Source: Chitinophagales bacterium
Lineage (GTDB): Bacteria > Bacteroidota > Bacteroidia > Chitinophagales > Chitinophagaceae
DNA: 64,000 nucleotides
Assembly: GCA_017303335.1 (NCBI GenBank)
Contig: JAFLBK010000003.1
Location: forward strand, 364,291-428,290
Direction of reading: 5' to 3'
This document shows, piece by piece, positions 53,192 through 64,000 of the stretch. Position numbers and translations under genes: made by a program. The notes beneath the pieces are model-generated. The model made no database searches, was not told where the DNA came from, and worked only from the letters and a program-made list of their open reading frames with translations. Every line of letters starts with the position of its first letter. The stretch's first letter is position 1.

Positions 53192-53200
53192 AACCCAGGA

Positions 53201-53779
53201 ATGATCCTTCCGATTGTAGCATATGGTTCCCCGGTCCTGCGTACGGTGTGCGAAGACATTGGCGCGGATTATCCCAACCTCGACAAACTCATTGCCGATA
53301 TGTGGGAAACCATGTACAACAGCAATGGTGTAGGCCTCGCAGCTCCGCAGGTGAACGTACCCATTCGCCTTTTCGTGATCGACAGCGAACAGATCTTCGC
53401 CAACAAGGAGGAAGATGAGGAACTGAATTACCCGGACGCACCCGGCTACAAAGGCGTATTCCTCAATGCGCATATCACCCGGCTCAACGGTACCGAATGG
53501 GCCTACAACGAAGGCTGCCTCAGCATCCCCAAGATCCGGGAAGATGTGTACCGCAACGAAGAAGTGACCCTCGAATACGTCGACGAACAGTTTCAACCGC
53601 AGACCCGCACGTTCAATGGCCTCACGGCCCGCGTGATCCTGCACGAATACGATCACATCGAAGGAAAACTCTTCATCGATCACATCAAACCCCTCAAGCG
53701 CAAACTCATGAAGCGCAAGCTCGATGATATTTCCCGGGGAAAGATCCGGGTAGACTACCGGATGGTATTCCCCAAATGA
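53201..53779 (+). CDS. def: Peptide deformylase
   Basis: GVGLAAPQV, EGCLSIP, HEYDHIEG motifs. 192 aa. Confidence 0.95.
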   Translation: MILPIVAYGSPVLRTVCEDIGADYPNLDKLIADMWETMYNSNGVGLAAPQVNVPIRLFVIDSEQIFANKEEDEELNYPDAPGYKGVFLNAHITRLNGTEWAYNEGCLSIPKIREDVYRNEEVTLEYVDEQFQPQTRTFNGLTARVILHEYDHIEGKLFIDHIKPLKRKLMKRKLDDISRGKIRVDYRMVFPK

Positions 53780-53931
53780 CCGGCTCTTTCTTTTTCCCGA
53801 ACATATTAGCTTTTATCCTATATTCACATCTGATTGTTTTTTAAGGAATACCGCAGTCAGGGTATTGTATAATCCGATTTTTGATTATATTTTTAATCCT
53901 GAAAAATATTCTTCACGCTTAAACACTGCTT

Positions 53932-54459
53932 ATGAGAAAAGTTCGACTAGTTTTTCTTACGGTCGGTATTTTCCTCTCACTAGCTTCGATTGCGCAAAGT
54001 GTTACTCCCGCCACCCTCAATGCCACCGGTGGAAATTACCCTTTCACGTATTATACCGTTGAATGGAGTTTTGGAGAATCCATGGCCATCGAAACGATGT
54101 CGGCCAGCAATATTGTCGTCACCAACGGCATCCTGCAGCCCGGCACCCACAATCCTGCCACGAAAGACGATAATGGCAGTTGGGGGAAAGATGAGATCAA
54201 AGTACTGCCCAATCCCACGCCCGATGTGGTAGAAATCAATTTCTACAGCAAGCAATCCGGCAAGGTATCCATCAGCCTGTACGACCCGGCCGGCAAGTAC
54301 CTGGGAAGAAGGGAATTTGATTACTACGGCACCGGCCGCATTGAAAAATGGAGCCTGGGCCGCTATCCTTCCGGCACATACTTCCTGTACATCGAGTTAA
54401 AACCAACCGGTAATTCGGTAGGTAAGAAAGGAGCCTTCCAGGTTCATAAACTCAGATAA
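53932..54459 (+). CDS. Small secreted protein with T9SS type A C-terminal sorting domain
   Basis: Signal peptide, an approximately 60-aa N-terminal module (EWSFGESMAIE...VVTNGILQP). C-terminal IKVLPNPTPDVVEINF...VSISLYDPAGKYL...GTYFLYIEL...FQVHKLR is the Por_Secre_tail pattern. Confidence 0.8.
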   Translation: MRKVRLVFLTVGIFLSLASIAQSVTPATLNATGGNYPFTYYTVEWSFGESMAIETMSASNIVVTNGILQPGTHNPATKDDNGSWGKDEIKVLPNPTPDVVEINFYSKQSGKVSISLYDPAGKYLGRREFDYYGTGRIEKWSLGRYPSGTYFLYIELKPTGNSVGKKGAFQVHKLR

Positions 54460-54497
54460 ACCAACTATTAAAATCTTTTAAATAAAACCACGCTAAC

Positions 54498-56759
54498 ATG
54501 AAAAAGTTATTATTGACGATAACAGGTTTTGTTCTCACGCTGCTGAGTTTCGCCCAGTCGCCCAACATCCTCAACTACCAGGGTGTGGCACGTAACGGCG
54601 TAGGCAACGTATTGCCGAACCAACCCATCGGGCTCAGATTAAGCATCCTCAACGGCGGACCAACAGGTACCGTTGTATACAGCGAAACACGGGTGGTTAC
54701 CACCAATGCTTTCGGTTTGTTCAACGTACAGGTAGGAAGCCCCGGCGCTTCCACCACCACCGGAACCGTTGGCGGCATCAACTGGACCGCTTTCGGAACC
54801 GGAAGCGGAACCAAATACTTACAGGTAGAGATCGACCCGCAGGGCGGAACCAACTACTTCAACGTAGGCTCTACCCAACTGGTAAGTGTTCCCTACGCAT
54901 TGAACGCGGGCGCTGCCGCACCGGTTGGACCCGCTGGCGGCGACCTTACCGGAACCTATCCTAACCCATCCATTGCGCCGTTGGCCGTAACAACGCCGAA
55001 GATCGCGGATGGTGCGGTTACTACGCCCAAACTGGCCGACAACTCCGTAACAACGCCGAAGATTGTTGACCTGAACGTTACCACACCCAAACTGGCTGAT
55101 GGTGCCGTTACAACGATCAAACTGGCCGACGGAGCCGTTACTTCCGCCAAGATCACTTTCCCGATACTGAAAACACAGGCCGAAACAGCCAACCCGCTGA
55201 TCGGCATGACCAACTCTGCGGCTACCGGTACTGCCGGTGCCATCCAGGGAAGTAGTGCCAGTGCCGACGCAAATGCAGTAGGTATCCTTGGTACCATTTC
55301 TTCCACCACCCCCGGCGCATTCTCCGCTGCCGTTCGTGGTGTGAACAACGGAACCGGTGGCAATGGTATCGGTGTGTATGGTTCACAAGCAGGAAGCGGC
55401 TGGGGTGTGTATGGTAATGCGCTTTCCGGTGTGGGTGTACATGGTTACAGTGATAATGGACTGGGTGTTGCCGGTTACTCAAACGGAACCGGCCGTGCTG
55501 CCGAATTCGCCATTCAGAATGCGACCAATACCAATACAGCGCTCACCATCCGTACCGACGGTTTGGGTTCTGCTGCCAGCTTTACCAATACCAACGCTGC
55601 CAACACAGCGCAAACCATGCTGATCGATAACAACAACTTGGCTTCTGTTGGATTCGGTAATGGTTCTTTCCTTGCCAGGAGAGGAACCGTATCCGGCACC
55701 ACGCTCCTCTATATTAACGTTCCTACTGCCATGACCGGCATTTCCAGCACCGGCATCGGTGCACAGGGAAGCAGTGAAACCGTGATCGGCGTGGCGGGTC
55801 TGACACAAACCGGTATTGGTGTTCAGGCTTATTCCGGAACCTCCGGTAACGCCCTGGCAGCGCAGGCAGCCGGTACCGGCGGTATCGCAGGCGATTTCAA
55901 CGTCAGCAATGCCACAAACGTAGCCAATACAATCCGTGCGGTAAATGCAAACCCAACTGCCGGACAAACAAACTCCACAACCGGTGGTGGTAACGCCGTC
56001 TTCGGCCGCAAAGGCGCAGGCCTCGGCGTATCGCTCACCAATCCTTCTGGTGTATATGGTTCATCTTCCGCTGCAAACGGTATTGGTGTAACCGGTTTCA
56101 CCTTGACCAATATCGGTACATTCGGTGGTACCTTCCAGACAGGCGCCGGTGTGGTAGGACAAACATTCGGAACAGGCGGTACGGCCCTGTTGGGTATTGG
56201 TGCCAGCAGCCCTACTTCATACGCCCTTGTTACCAATGGTTTGGTGCAGATCCAGGGACAAGGCGCTGCAGCAGGCCGCGTTCTGACCAGCGATGCTACG
56301 GGTAATGCTACCTGGCAGGATAATCCCAGTCAGCGTGTAGGCATTTCAATAAGGGGTTTAACCGGTTCATTGGCCGTACCCGATGCTACCCTGACACCGG
56401 TAACACAATGGTTTGTTATCGATAATGAAGACGGAGGAGCCAACTACAACAACGTTACCGGAGAATACACGATTACCAGAACAGGCGTATACCAGGTCAA
56501 TGCATCCGTTGCCTGGAATGCTGGAATAAATGCCAACGATGTGAGAATGTATTTGCTGATCAACGGTGCAACCGATTACGGAGTACTGCAACATTCGGCT
56601 CCGGGTGGTGGATATACGTACAGCAACCTGTCTTATGCAAAAAGATTTACGGCCGGGCAAAGGATCAGCATCTCATTGATACAGTATTCAGGCGCTACAC
56701 AAAACACTTCCGGACCTGTGCTTGAAAACTCCTTCTCCGTTCAATTTATTCACAACTAA
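54498..56759 (+). CDS. Secreted fibre-like protein: N-terminal beta-rich domain, 6 x 10-aa VTTPK(I/L)ADGA repeats, Gly/Ala/Thr-rich middle, C-terminal C1q/TNF-like globular domain
   Basis: Signal peptide. [12 protein letters not shown]...[33 protein letters not shown] then decapeptide repeats. C-terminus [21 protein letters not shown]...[10 protein letters not shown]...[11 protein letters not shown]...[10 protein letters not shown] fits the gC1q jelly-roll motif order. No T9SS CTD recognised. Confidence 0.75.
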   Translation: MKKLLLTITGFVLTLLSFAQSPNILNYQGVARNGVGNVLPNQPIGLRLSILNGGPTGTVVYSETRVVTTNAFGLFNVQVGSPGASTTTGTVGGINWTAFGTGSGTKYLQVEIDPQGGTNYFNVGSTQLVSVPYALNAGAAAPVGPAGGDLTGTYPNPSIAPLAVTTPKIADGAVTTPKLADNSVTTPKIVDLNVTTPKLADGAVTTIKLADGAVTSAKITFPILKTQAETANPLIGMTNSAATGTAGAIQGSSASADANAVGILGTISSTTPGAFSAAVRGVNNGTGGNGIGVYGSQAGSGWGVYGNALSGVGVHGYSDNGLGVAGYSNGTGRAAEFAIQNATNTNTALTIRTDGLGSAASFTNTNAANTAQTMLIDNNNLASVGFGNGSFLARRGTVSGTTLLYINVPTAMTGISSTGIGAQGSSETVIGVAGLTQTGIGVQAYSGTSGNALAAQAAGTGGIAGDFNVSNATNVANTIRAVNANPTAGQTNSTTGGGNAVFGRKGAGLGVSLTNPSGVYGSSSAANGIGVTGFTLTNIGTFGGTFQTGAGVVGQTFGTGGTALLGIGASSPTSYALVTNGLVQIQGQGAAAGRVLTSDATGNATWQDNPSQRVGISIRGLTGSLAVPDATLTPVTQWFVIDNEDGGANYNNVTGEYTITRTGVYQVNASVAWNAGINANDVRMYLLINGATDYGVLQHSAPGGGYTYSNLSYAKRFTAGQRISISLIQYSGATQNTSGPVLENSFSVQFIHN
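54987..55166 (+). repeat. In-frame 30-nt tandem repeat (6 units) inside the fibre gene
   Basis: Encodes [10 protein letters not shown] / [10 protein letters not shown] / [10 protein letters not shown] / [10 protein letters not shown] / [10 protein letters not shown] / [10 protein letters not shown]. Confidence 0.85.
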
Positions 56760-56770
56760 TACTTGTAAAC

Positions 56771-57136
56771 ATGAAAAAGATCTTAATTCTTATTACCATA
56801 TTATCGGGCGGTTTATGCGCAGGTGCCCAGCAGCTTTCATCGACGAACAAAGCGAGCATGAAAGTAATGACTGTTGAAGAAGCCAACCGCCTTAATGGCA
56901 CGGCGCAACCAACCATCAACGGCATTCCATACAGCCAGTACAAAGCCCAGCAGCAGGCCCTGAAGAACAGCCAGCAAACAAGCGCTGTTTCTCCATCCCT
57001 GACCGTTCAGCCCAATGTGGTGGCTACCGATGGCCCAACGCCTGCCGCTACTACGCCGAATGTGCAGGTAGGCCAGGCTCCGCAGGAAGCGAAGCAACCC
57101 GCCAAGCCGGCTGAGAAGCCAAAAGGCCAGCAGTAA
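56771..57136 (+). CDS. Small secreted Q/P/A-rich protein (121 aa)
   Basis: Signal peptide MKKILILITILSGGLCAGAQ. Low-complexity C-terminal half (QAPQEAKQPAKPAEKPKGQQ). Starts 11 nt after the fibre gene. Confidence 0.6.
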   Translation: MKKILILITILSGGLCAGAQQLSSTNKASMKVMTVEEANRLNGTAQPTINGIPYSQYKAQQQALKNSQQTSAVSPSLTVQPNVVATDGPTPAATTPNVQVGQAPQEAKQPAKPAEKPKGQQ

Positions 57137-57168
57137 TTTCAACTGGAAGTTATAAGTACCTTGCAGGT

Positions 57169-58101
57169 ATGATACGTTCTATCATACCTGCTTTTTTTTG
57201 TACCCTGCTGACCGTGCCAACACTTGCGCAGCAGAAAACGGATACCACGATCCGGGTGGAACAAAAGACCATCACTCTCAGTGAAGTGGTCATCAACAAC
57301 AAACTGAATGTACCGGCCTTCATACAGCGCATTAAAAACGACACGTCGTTTTACAAGGCATTCCGCAACCTCCGCGTACTGGGCTTTACCGCCATCAACG
57401 ATATCCGCATGAACGACAGCGACGGAAGACTCAAAGCCGGCCTGCGCAGCAAAACCCGCCAGCTCCGGACGGTCCGCTGCCGCAGCATGGAAACCCTCGA
57501 AGAAACCATCACCGGCGATATCTACGACGGGAACCGGAATTTCAACTACTATACGGCTCAACTGTATGCTTCTTTGTTCTTCACCAAAGATTCGGTTTGC
57601 GGTGAAGACAATATCGTTGCGGGGCGTGAACTGAGTACTGCCGGGAAAAGCGGCATGGAAAAACACAAGGAGCAACTCAAAATGCTTTTCTTCAACCCGG
57701 GCAAGCGTATCAGCGGACTCCCGTTCATGAGCAATAAAACCGCGATTTACGACGACGGGATGGCCGACTACTACGATATGAATATCGACATGGGGATGTA
57801 CAATGGTAAGAGTTGTTATATTTTCAGCCAGAAAGCCAAACCGGGCAGCGGCGGTTCGGTAGTGCTGGATGAGATGACCACCTGGTTTGATTCGAACACG
57901 TTTGACGTGCTGGGCCGGAATTATTCGCTCAGTTACGACGCGGCGGTTTATGATTTTAACGTGAGCATGGAAGTGGTGATGACCCGTTTCGGAGAACTAA
58001 CCGTTCCTTCCCTGATCCGCTACAATGGCAACTGGAAAGCCATCTTCAAAAAAAGAGAACGGGGCGTTTTCACCGCCACCCTTTTTGATTTTCAAAAATA
58101 A
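57169..58101 (+). CDS. Hypothetical secreted protein (310 aa)
   Basis: Signal peptide MIRSIIPAFFCTLLTVPTLAQ. No motif recognised. Confidence 0.65.
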   Translation: MIRSIIPAFFCTLLTVPTLAQQKTDTTIRVEQKTITLSEVVINNKLNVPAFIQRIKNDTSFYKAFRNLRVLGFTAINDIRMNDSDGRLKAGLRSKTRQLRTVRCRSMETLEETITGDIYDGNRNFNYYTAQLYASLFFTKDSVCGEDNIVAGRELSTAGKSGMEKHKEQLKMLFFNPGKRISGLPFMSNKTAIYDDGMADYYDMNIDMGMYNGKSCYIFSQKAKPGSGGSVVLDEMTTWFDSNTFDVLGRNYSLSYDAAVYDFNVSMEVVMTRFGELTVPSLIRYNGNWKAIFKKRERGVFTATLFDFQK

Positions 58102-58161
58102 CCCCGGGGCCATTCATCAAAATGTCAACTTTATATACCTTCAGCGTCTTATTTTTATCGC

Positions 58162-59112
58162 ATGAAAAAAATCCTGCTGCTCGTTCTCACACTCGTTTCT
58201 TTGAATGGCTTCGCTCAAACGGAAGGCCGCGATTTCAAAGCCATCGATGAATACATCAAAGGCCTCGGCGCCATGGAAGGCATGAGCACCGCCACCATCA
58301 ACAACGTTGTGATCAACCATTTCGACGACAAGATCGATAAACTCCGGGCCATCTATACCTGGATCGCCCTCAACATTACCTACGACATCAAAGCGGCACG
58401 CACCGGCAACACCCAGAAAAGCAAATCCGCCGATGTGCTGGCTACCCGCCGGGCTGTAGGGCTGGGCTTTGCCAACCTGTTCCAGGACATGTGCAGCAGC
58501 GCCAATATCCGCTGCCTCACCGTGGATGGTTTTGTAAAGAATAACATCAACGACATCGGCGACCGTGCCACCGACCCGAATCATACCTGGATCGTGGTGC
58601 AACTGGGACAGAGCCCGGATACCTGGTATTATGTTGACCCCGCCTGGGGCAGCGGTTACCCCGACGCGGATATGAAGACATTCACCAAATCGTTCAGCGG
58701 CGCCTATTTCTTCCCCGACAAAGGCGTTTTCAATATGCAGCATTTCCCGGTGAACGAGGCCTGGAAACTCGGGCCTGGCCCCCGGGGTAAAAAAGATTTT
58801 TACAGTCTTCCGCTGATCAAAGTATCGGCCATCGAAAACGGCATGAAAAAATGCGAACCCAACGACGGCCGGTTAAAAGCCAGGGTAACCAAACAGGTTT
58901 TCTTCACGTATGTACTGAATGGGAAAGAAGAAGTGACCAAAGTATCCCTGGTGATCGGCGAGAAAAAGAAACTGAAACAAAAAGACGTCGACTTTGTATA
59001 CACCGGCGGTACGCTCAATTTTAGTTATAAGTTCGAGGAGGAAGGCAATTTCCCCCTGACCGTACTGGTGAACGGACGGGAATTCATTACCTATTCCGCC
59101 GAGATCGAGTAA
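58162..59112 (+). CDS. Transglutaminase-like (cysteine-protease fold) domain protein, probably lacking the catalytic Cys
   Basis: Signal peptide. Core RRAVGLGFANLFQDMCSSANIRCLTVDGF...NHTWIVVQL...WYYVDPAWG has the His and Asp positions, but Gly where the G-V-C-x-G-(Y/F) motif normally has Cys. Confidence 0.65.
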   Translation: MKKILLLVLTLVSLNGFAQTEGRDFKAIDEYIKGLGAMEGMSTATINNVVINHFDDKIDKLRAIYTWIALNITYDIKAARTGNTQKSKSADVLATRRAVGLGFANLFQDMCSSANIRCLTVDGFVKNNINDIGDRATDPNHTWIVVQLGQSPDTWYYVDPAWGSGYPDADMKTFTKSFSGAYFFPDKGVFNMQHFPVNEAWKLGPGPRGKKDFYSLPLIKVSAIENGMKKCEPNDGRLKARVTKQVFFTYVLNGKEEVTKVSLVIGEKKKLKQKDVDFVYTGGTLNFSYKFEEEGNFPLTVLVNGREFITYSAEIE

Positions 59113-59131
59113 ATCTCCAGCGTGAAAAAAG

Positions 59132-59164
59132 TAAAAAAGGGCTGCACATCGTGCGGCCCTTTTA
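59132..59164. terminator. Bidirectional intrinsic terminator between convergent genes
   Basis: aaaaaa-agggctgcac-atc-gtgcggccct-ttt (10-bp stem, one G-U pair). Confidence 0.75.
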
Positions 59165-59165
59165 C

Positions 59166-59738
59166 TTATGCCCGTTGCCGGGAAGCGGGTTTGCGTTTCG
59201 CTTTCCGCAGCGCCAGCTGAATATTCTTACTCAGATTTTCGTACGTGGGTTTGCCCGCCAGCTTTTCGCCATTGATGAAAAAGGCCGGTATATCCGTAAT
59301 ACCTTTGTCGATCCCTTCATTCAGGTCATTCATCACCTGCCAGCCATAGGTGGAGTTGAGCAGCTCATCGAGGAAGTTCTTATTCTTGATGCCCGCTTCT
59401 TTTGAATAGAGTTTCAAACTGGTGGTACCCAGTTGGCGGCGGTTATCAAAGAGAATATTATGCATCTCCCAGAACTTGCCCGCCTGCGATGCCGCCACCG
59501 ATGCCTCACCCGCTTTCATGGAGCGCTGGTGTACCCGGGTAAGCGGGAAATGGCGGAACTGGAACCGGACCTTCCCATCGAAGTCTTCCAGCAGTTTTTT
59601 CACCACCTCATTCGCTTTCGCACAATCGTCGTTCTCGTATTCGCCGAATTCGACCAGGGTAATGGGCGCATTCTTATCCCCCACAAATACATCCCTGGTT
59701 TCGATCACGGGAACCAGCTCTTTTGCTTTCATTGCCAT
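59166..59738 (-). CDS. DsbA/thioredoxin-fold protein with a single Cys in place of CxxC
   Basis: 190 aa. APITLVEFGEYENDDCAKANEVV where DsbA-family proteins carry CPxC. C-terminal PAFFINGEKL is typical of the fold. Confidence 0.65.
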   Translation of the reverse strand: MAMKAKELVPVIETRDVFVGDKNAPITLVEFGEYENDDCAKANEVVKKLLEDFDGKVRFQFRHFPLTRVHQRSMKAGEASVAASQAGKFWEMHNILFDNRRQLGTTSLKLYSKEAGIKNKNFLDELLNSTYGWQVMNDLNEGIDKGITDIPAFFINGEKLAGKPTYENLSKNIQLALRKAKRKPASRQRA

Positions 59739-59790
59739 AATTCATGTCCTTTTTCTGTTCACCGAACAGTTTTAGTGTATATAATGCTGT

Positions 59791-62415
<2,625 letters not shown>

Positions 62416-62596
62416 AGTCTGGGTTTTGCGGCTATTGCGCAAATGCCAATCCAAGGCTGTTTTAAACGCTAATATGGCACATTTTAGAAGGCGGGGCTGC
62501 CGCATATGCAGGCAAGCCAGTTGGACTATGCAAATGTAGCAGGCAACCGCTTATCAAATCAACAGTTACGGATATTAGTTTCTAACATGTTTCCCT

Positions 62597-62604
62597 TAGC
62601 TTTG
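62597..62604 (+). promoter_or_regulatory. -7 box (TAGCTTTG) upstream of the beta-barrel gene
   Basis: Exact TAnnTTTG, 56 nt before ATG 62660. Confidence 0.4.
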
Positions 62605-62659
62605 CCGGCCTAAAAAAGACAGAATCCGTCCCGATCCGACCCTCTGTCAGTATACGACC

Positions 62660-63463
62660 ATGTTCAAAAAACGCATCGCCAGTATCCTGCTGCTGGCATC
62701 CCTGACAGCCGGTGCCCAGCACAAAAAGAAACTGCTTGAAGGCATGTACCTGCAATGGGGGTATAACTCCGAAAGCTATACCCGCAGTACCATCCATTTC
62801 AAAATGAGCAATGGCAATGATTTCAAACTGCACCGGGTTACAGCCCACGACAAAGGCGATTTCGACGCTATCTACAAAAAACCTTCGGAAATATCCATCC
62901 CCCAGTACAATTACCGCATCGGGTTCTACCTGAACAGGGGACGTACCAGGGCGATTGAGATCAACTTCGATCACACCAAATACGTGGTCACCGATGGCCA
63001 AAAAGCGAGGGTGACGGGAACCATCGACGGGCAATACGTGGATGGCGACAGCATTCTCAATCCGGAAACATTCCTGCATTTCGAACATACCGACGGCGCC
63101 AACTGGTTACACTTCAATTATGTGAGCCAGCATGTGCTGTTACGCACCGCCTCCCGGTCGAGGCCTCTGTTCACTGCGGTATGGAAGGCCGGGGCCGGTA
63201 TCAATATCCCCCGCTCGGATTTTACCTGGCGCGGCAGCCGGCTGAACAACGACTTTCACATCGCGGGTTATAATATCAGCGCCGAGGCAGGCGTACGCTT
63301 CTATCTTTTCCCCCGGCTCTTTTTTGAACTTACCGGCAAAACAGGGTATGTAAAGTATGTGAATGCGCTTGCCAATACAAAAGAAATGAAAGGGAACCGG
63401 GTTACACACAGTTTCGGATACCTCGAGAGCATCGCCACGCTGGGGTACGATATTCGTTTTTAG
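62660..63463 (+). CDS. Hypothetical outer membrane beta-barrel-like protein
   Basis: Signal peptide MFKKRIASILLLASLTAGAQ. Alternating aromatic/polar pattern and a C-terminal ...LGYDIRF. Confidence 0.65.
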   Translation: MFKKRIASILLLASLTAGAQHKKKLLEGMYLQWGYNSESYTRSTIHFKMSNGNDFKLHRVTAHDKGDFDAIYKKPSEISIPQYNYRIGFYLNRGRTRAIEINFDHTKYVVTDGQKARVTGTIDGQYVDGDSILNPETFLHFEHTDGANWLHFNYVSQHVLLRTASRSRPLFTAVWKAGAGINIPRSDFTWRGSRLNNDFHIAGYNISAEAGVRFYLFPRLFFELTGKTGYVKYVNALANTKEMKGNRVTHSFGYLESIATLGYDIRF

Positions 63464-63502
63464 AATAGCGGCTCTTTTGTATTTTTATAGAAACGTGTAA
63501 CC

Positions 63503-63856
63503 GTGTACGAACACAAAAAGCAACCACTGGCGCCCCGGCATATCTATTTCCAGCGGCTCCGCAATAACTTCTTTTTTTCCCTGGTCATTATGCTGAGCTG
63601 GTTACTGGTGGGCGTGATCGGTTACAAGATCACGATCCCTTCGTTCGACTGGTACGATTGCTTTCTCAACGCTTCGATGATCCTCAGCGGCATGGGGCCG
63701 GTATTCGATAATGATACCATTTTATCCGACAGCGCCAAGGTCTTTGCCGGTATATACGCCCTGATAAGCGGCGTTGTCTTTATCACCACCATCAGCATTG
63801 TACTTTCTCCTGTTGTTCACCGTTTCTTCCATAAACTTCACCTGGAGGAAAAATGA
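63503..63856 (+). CDS. Hypothetical small membrane protein (117 aa, GTG start)
   Basis: ORF-track entry with 2-3 hydrophobic segments (FFFSLVIMLSWLLVGVIGY, VFAGIYALISGVVFITTISIVL). Confidence 0.5.
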   Translation: MYEHKKQPLAPRHIYFQRLRNNFFFSLVIMLSWLLVGVIGYKITIPSFDWYDCFLNASMILSGMGPVFDNDTILSDSAKVFAGIYALISGVVFITTISIVLSPVVHRFFHKLHLEEK

Positions 63857-63857
63857 C

Positions 63858-64000
63858 GTGAATCCCGCCGAACGCTCATATTTTGTTCGCTCCGCTGCCA
63901 ACCGGCTTGGCTTCGATCATTGCGGCCTTGCCAGGGCGCAACGGCTCGATGAAGACGCCCGGCGGCTGGAATCCTGGCTCACCAAGGGTTTCCAGGGGAG
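63858..64000 (+). CDS. queG: Epoxyqueuosine reductase QueG, N-terminal fragment (runs off the right edge)
   Basis: Own translation from GTG 63858: (M)NPAERSYFVRSAANRLGFDHCGLARAQRLDEDARRLESWLTKGFQG resembles the QueG N-terminus (..LGFD.CGIA.A..L..E...L..WL..G.HG). Open to the window end. Confidence 0.55.
   Translation, partial: MNPAERSYFVRSAANRLGFDHCGLARAQRLDEDARRLESWLTKGFQG

Noticed and set aside
53865-54062. 65-aa + strand ORF overlapping the start of the T9SS type-A protein gene
   Set aside because: It is in a different frame from a gene that has a clear signal peptide and CTD, and it has no features of its own.

Overview
This 64-kb chromosomal segment looks like a Bacteroidota genome, possibly Chitinophagaceae-like. 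Supporting signs are T9SS cargo with type A and type B C-terminal sorting domains, a PorP/SprF gene, a type III glutamine synthetase, many exact TAnnTTTG (-7 box) motifs upstream of genes, and no Shine-Dalgarno-like leaders. I count about 60 densely packed protein genes. Most are housekeeping: mazG, dcd, the DUF177-rpmF-plsX cluster, mutS, ubiX, queA, lysC, GSIII, purL, hldD, pyrG, ubiA, ruvX, def, clpB and the start of queG. There are three tRNAs (Gly-GCC, Leu-TAA, Leu-GAG). I found no rRNA, CRISPR array, transposase, integrase, or recognisable defence, toxin-antitoxin or biosynthetic cluster. Three parts look accessory: an AT-richer block at 30.2-35.1 kb (AraC regulator, DUF proteins, PD40 protein); a T9SS type-B cargo / PorP/SprF cluster at 37.7-41.5 kb; and a surface-fibre module at 53.9-57.1 kb (a small T9SS type-A protein plus a 753-aa fibre with a C1q/TNF-like C-terminus). 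The most unusual signal is non-coding. Many intergenic regions are built from degenerate tandem 7- or 8-nt words (ACTTATA, ATGAACC, ATGGATC/ATCAACT, CAAATCnn, CTAATGAC, GAAAAG), 4-7 units long. These arrays either end 0-10 nt before a start codon or occur as two inverted arrays that could fold into long imperfect hairpins. There is also a duplicated tRNA-Leu 3' end plus terminator that looks like an att scar. I did not find a convincing multi-gene novel system. All protein calls come from motif recognition by eye, with no database searches, and start codons are my best choices.
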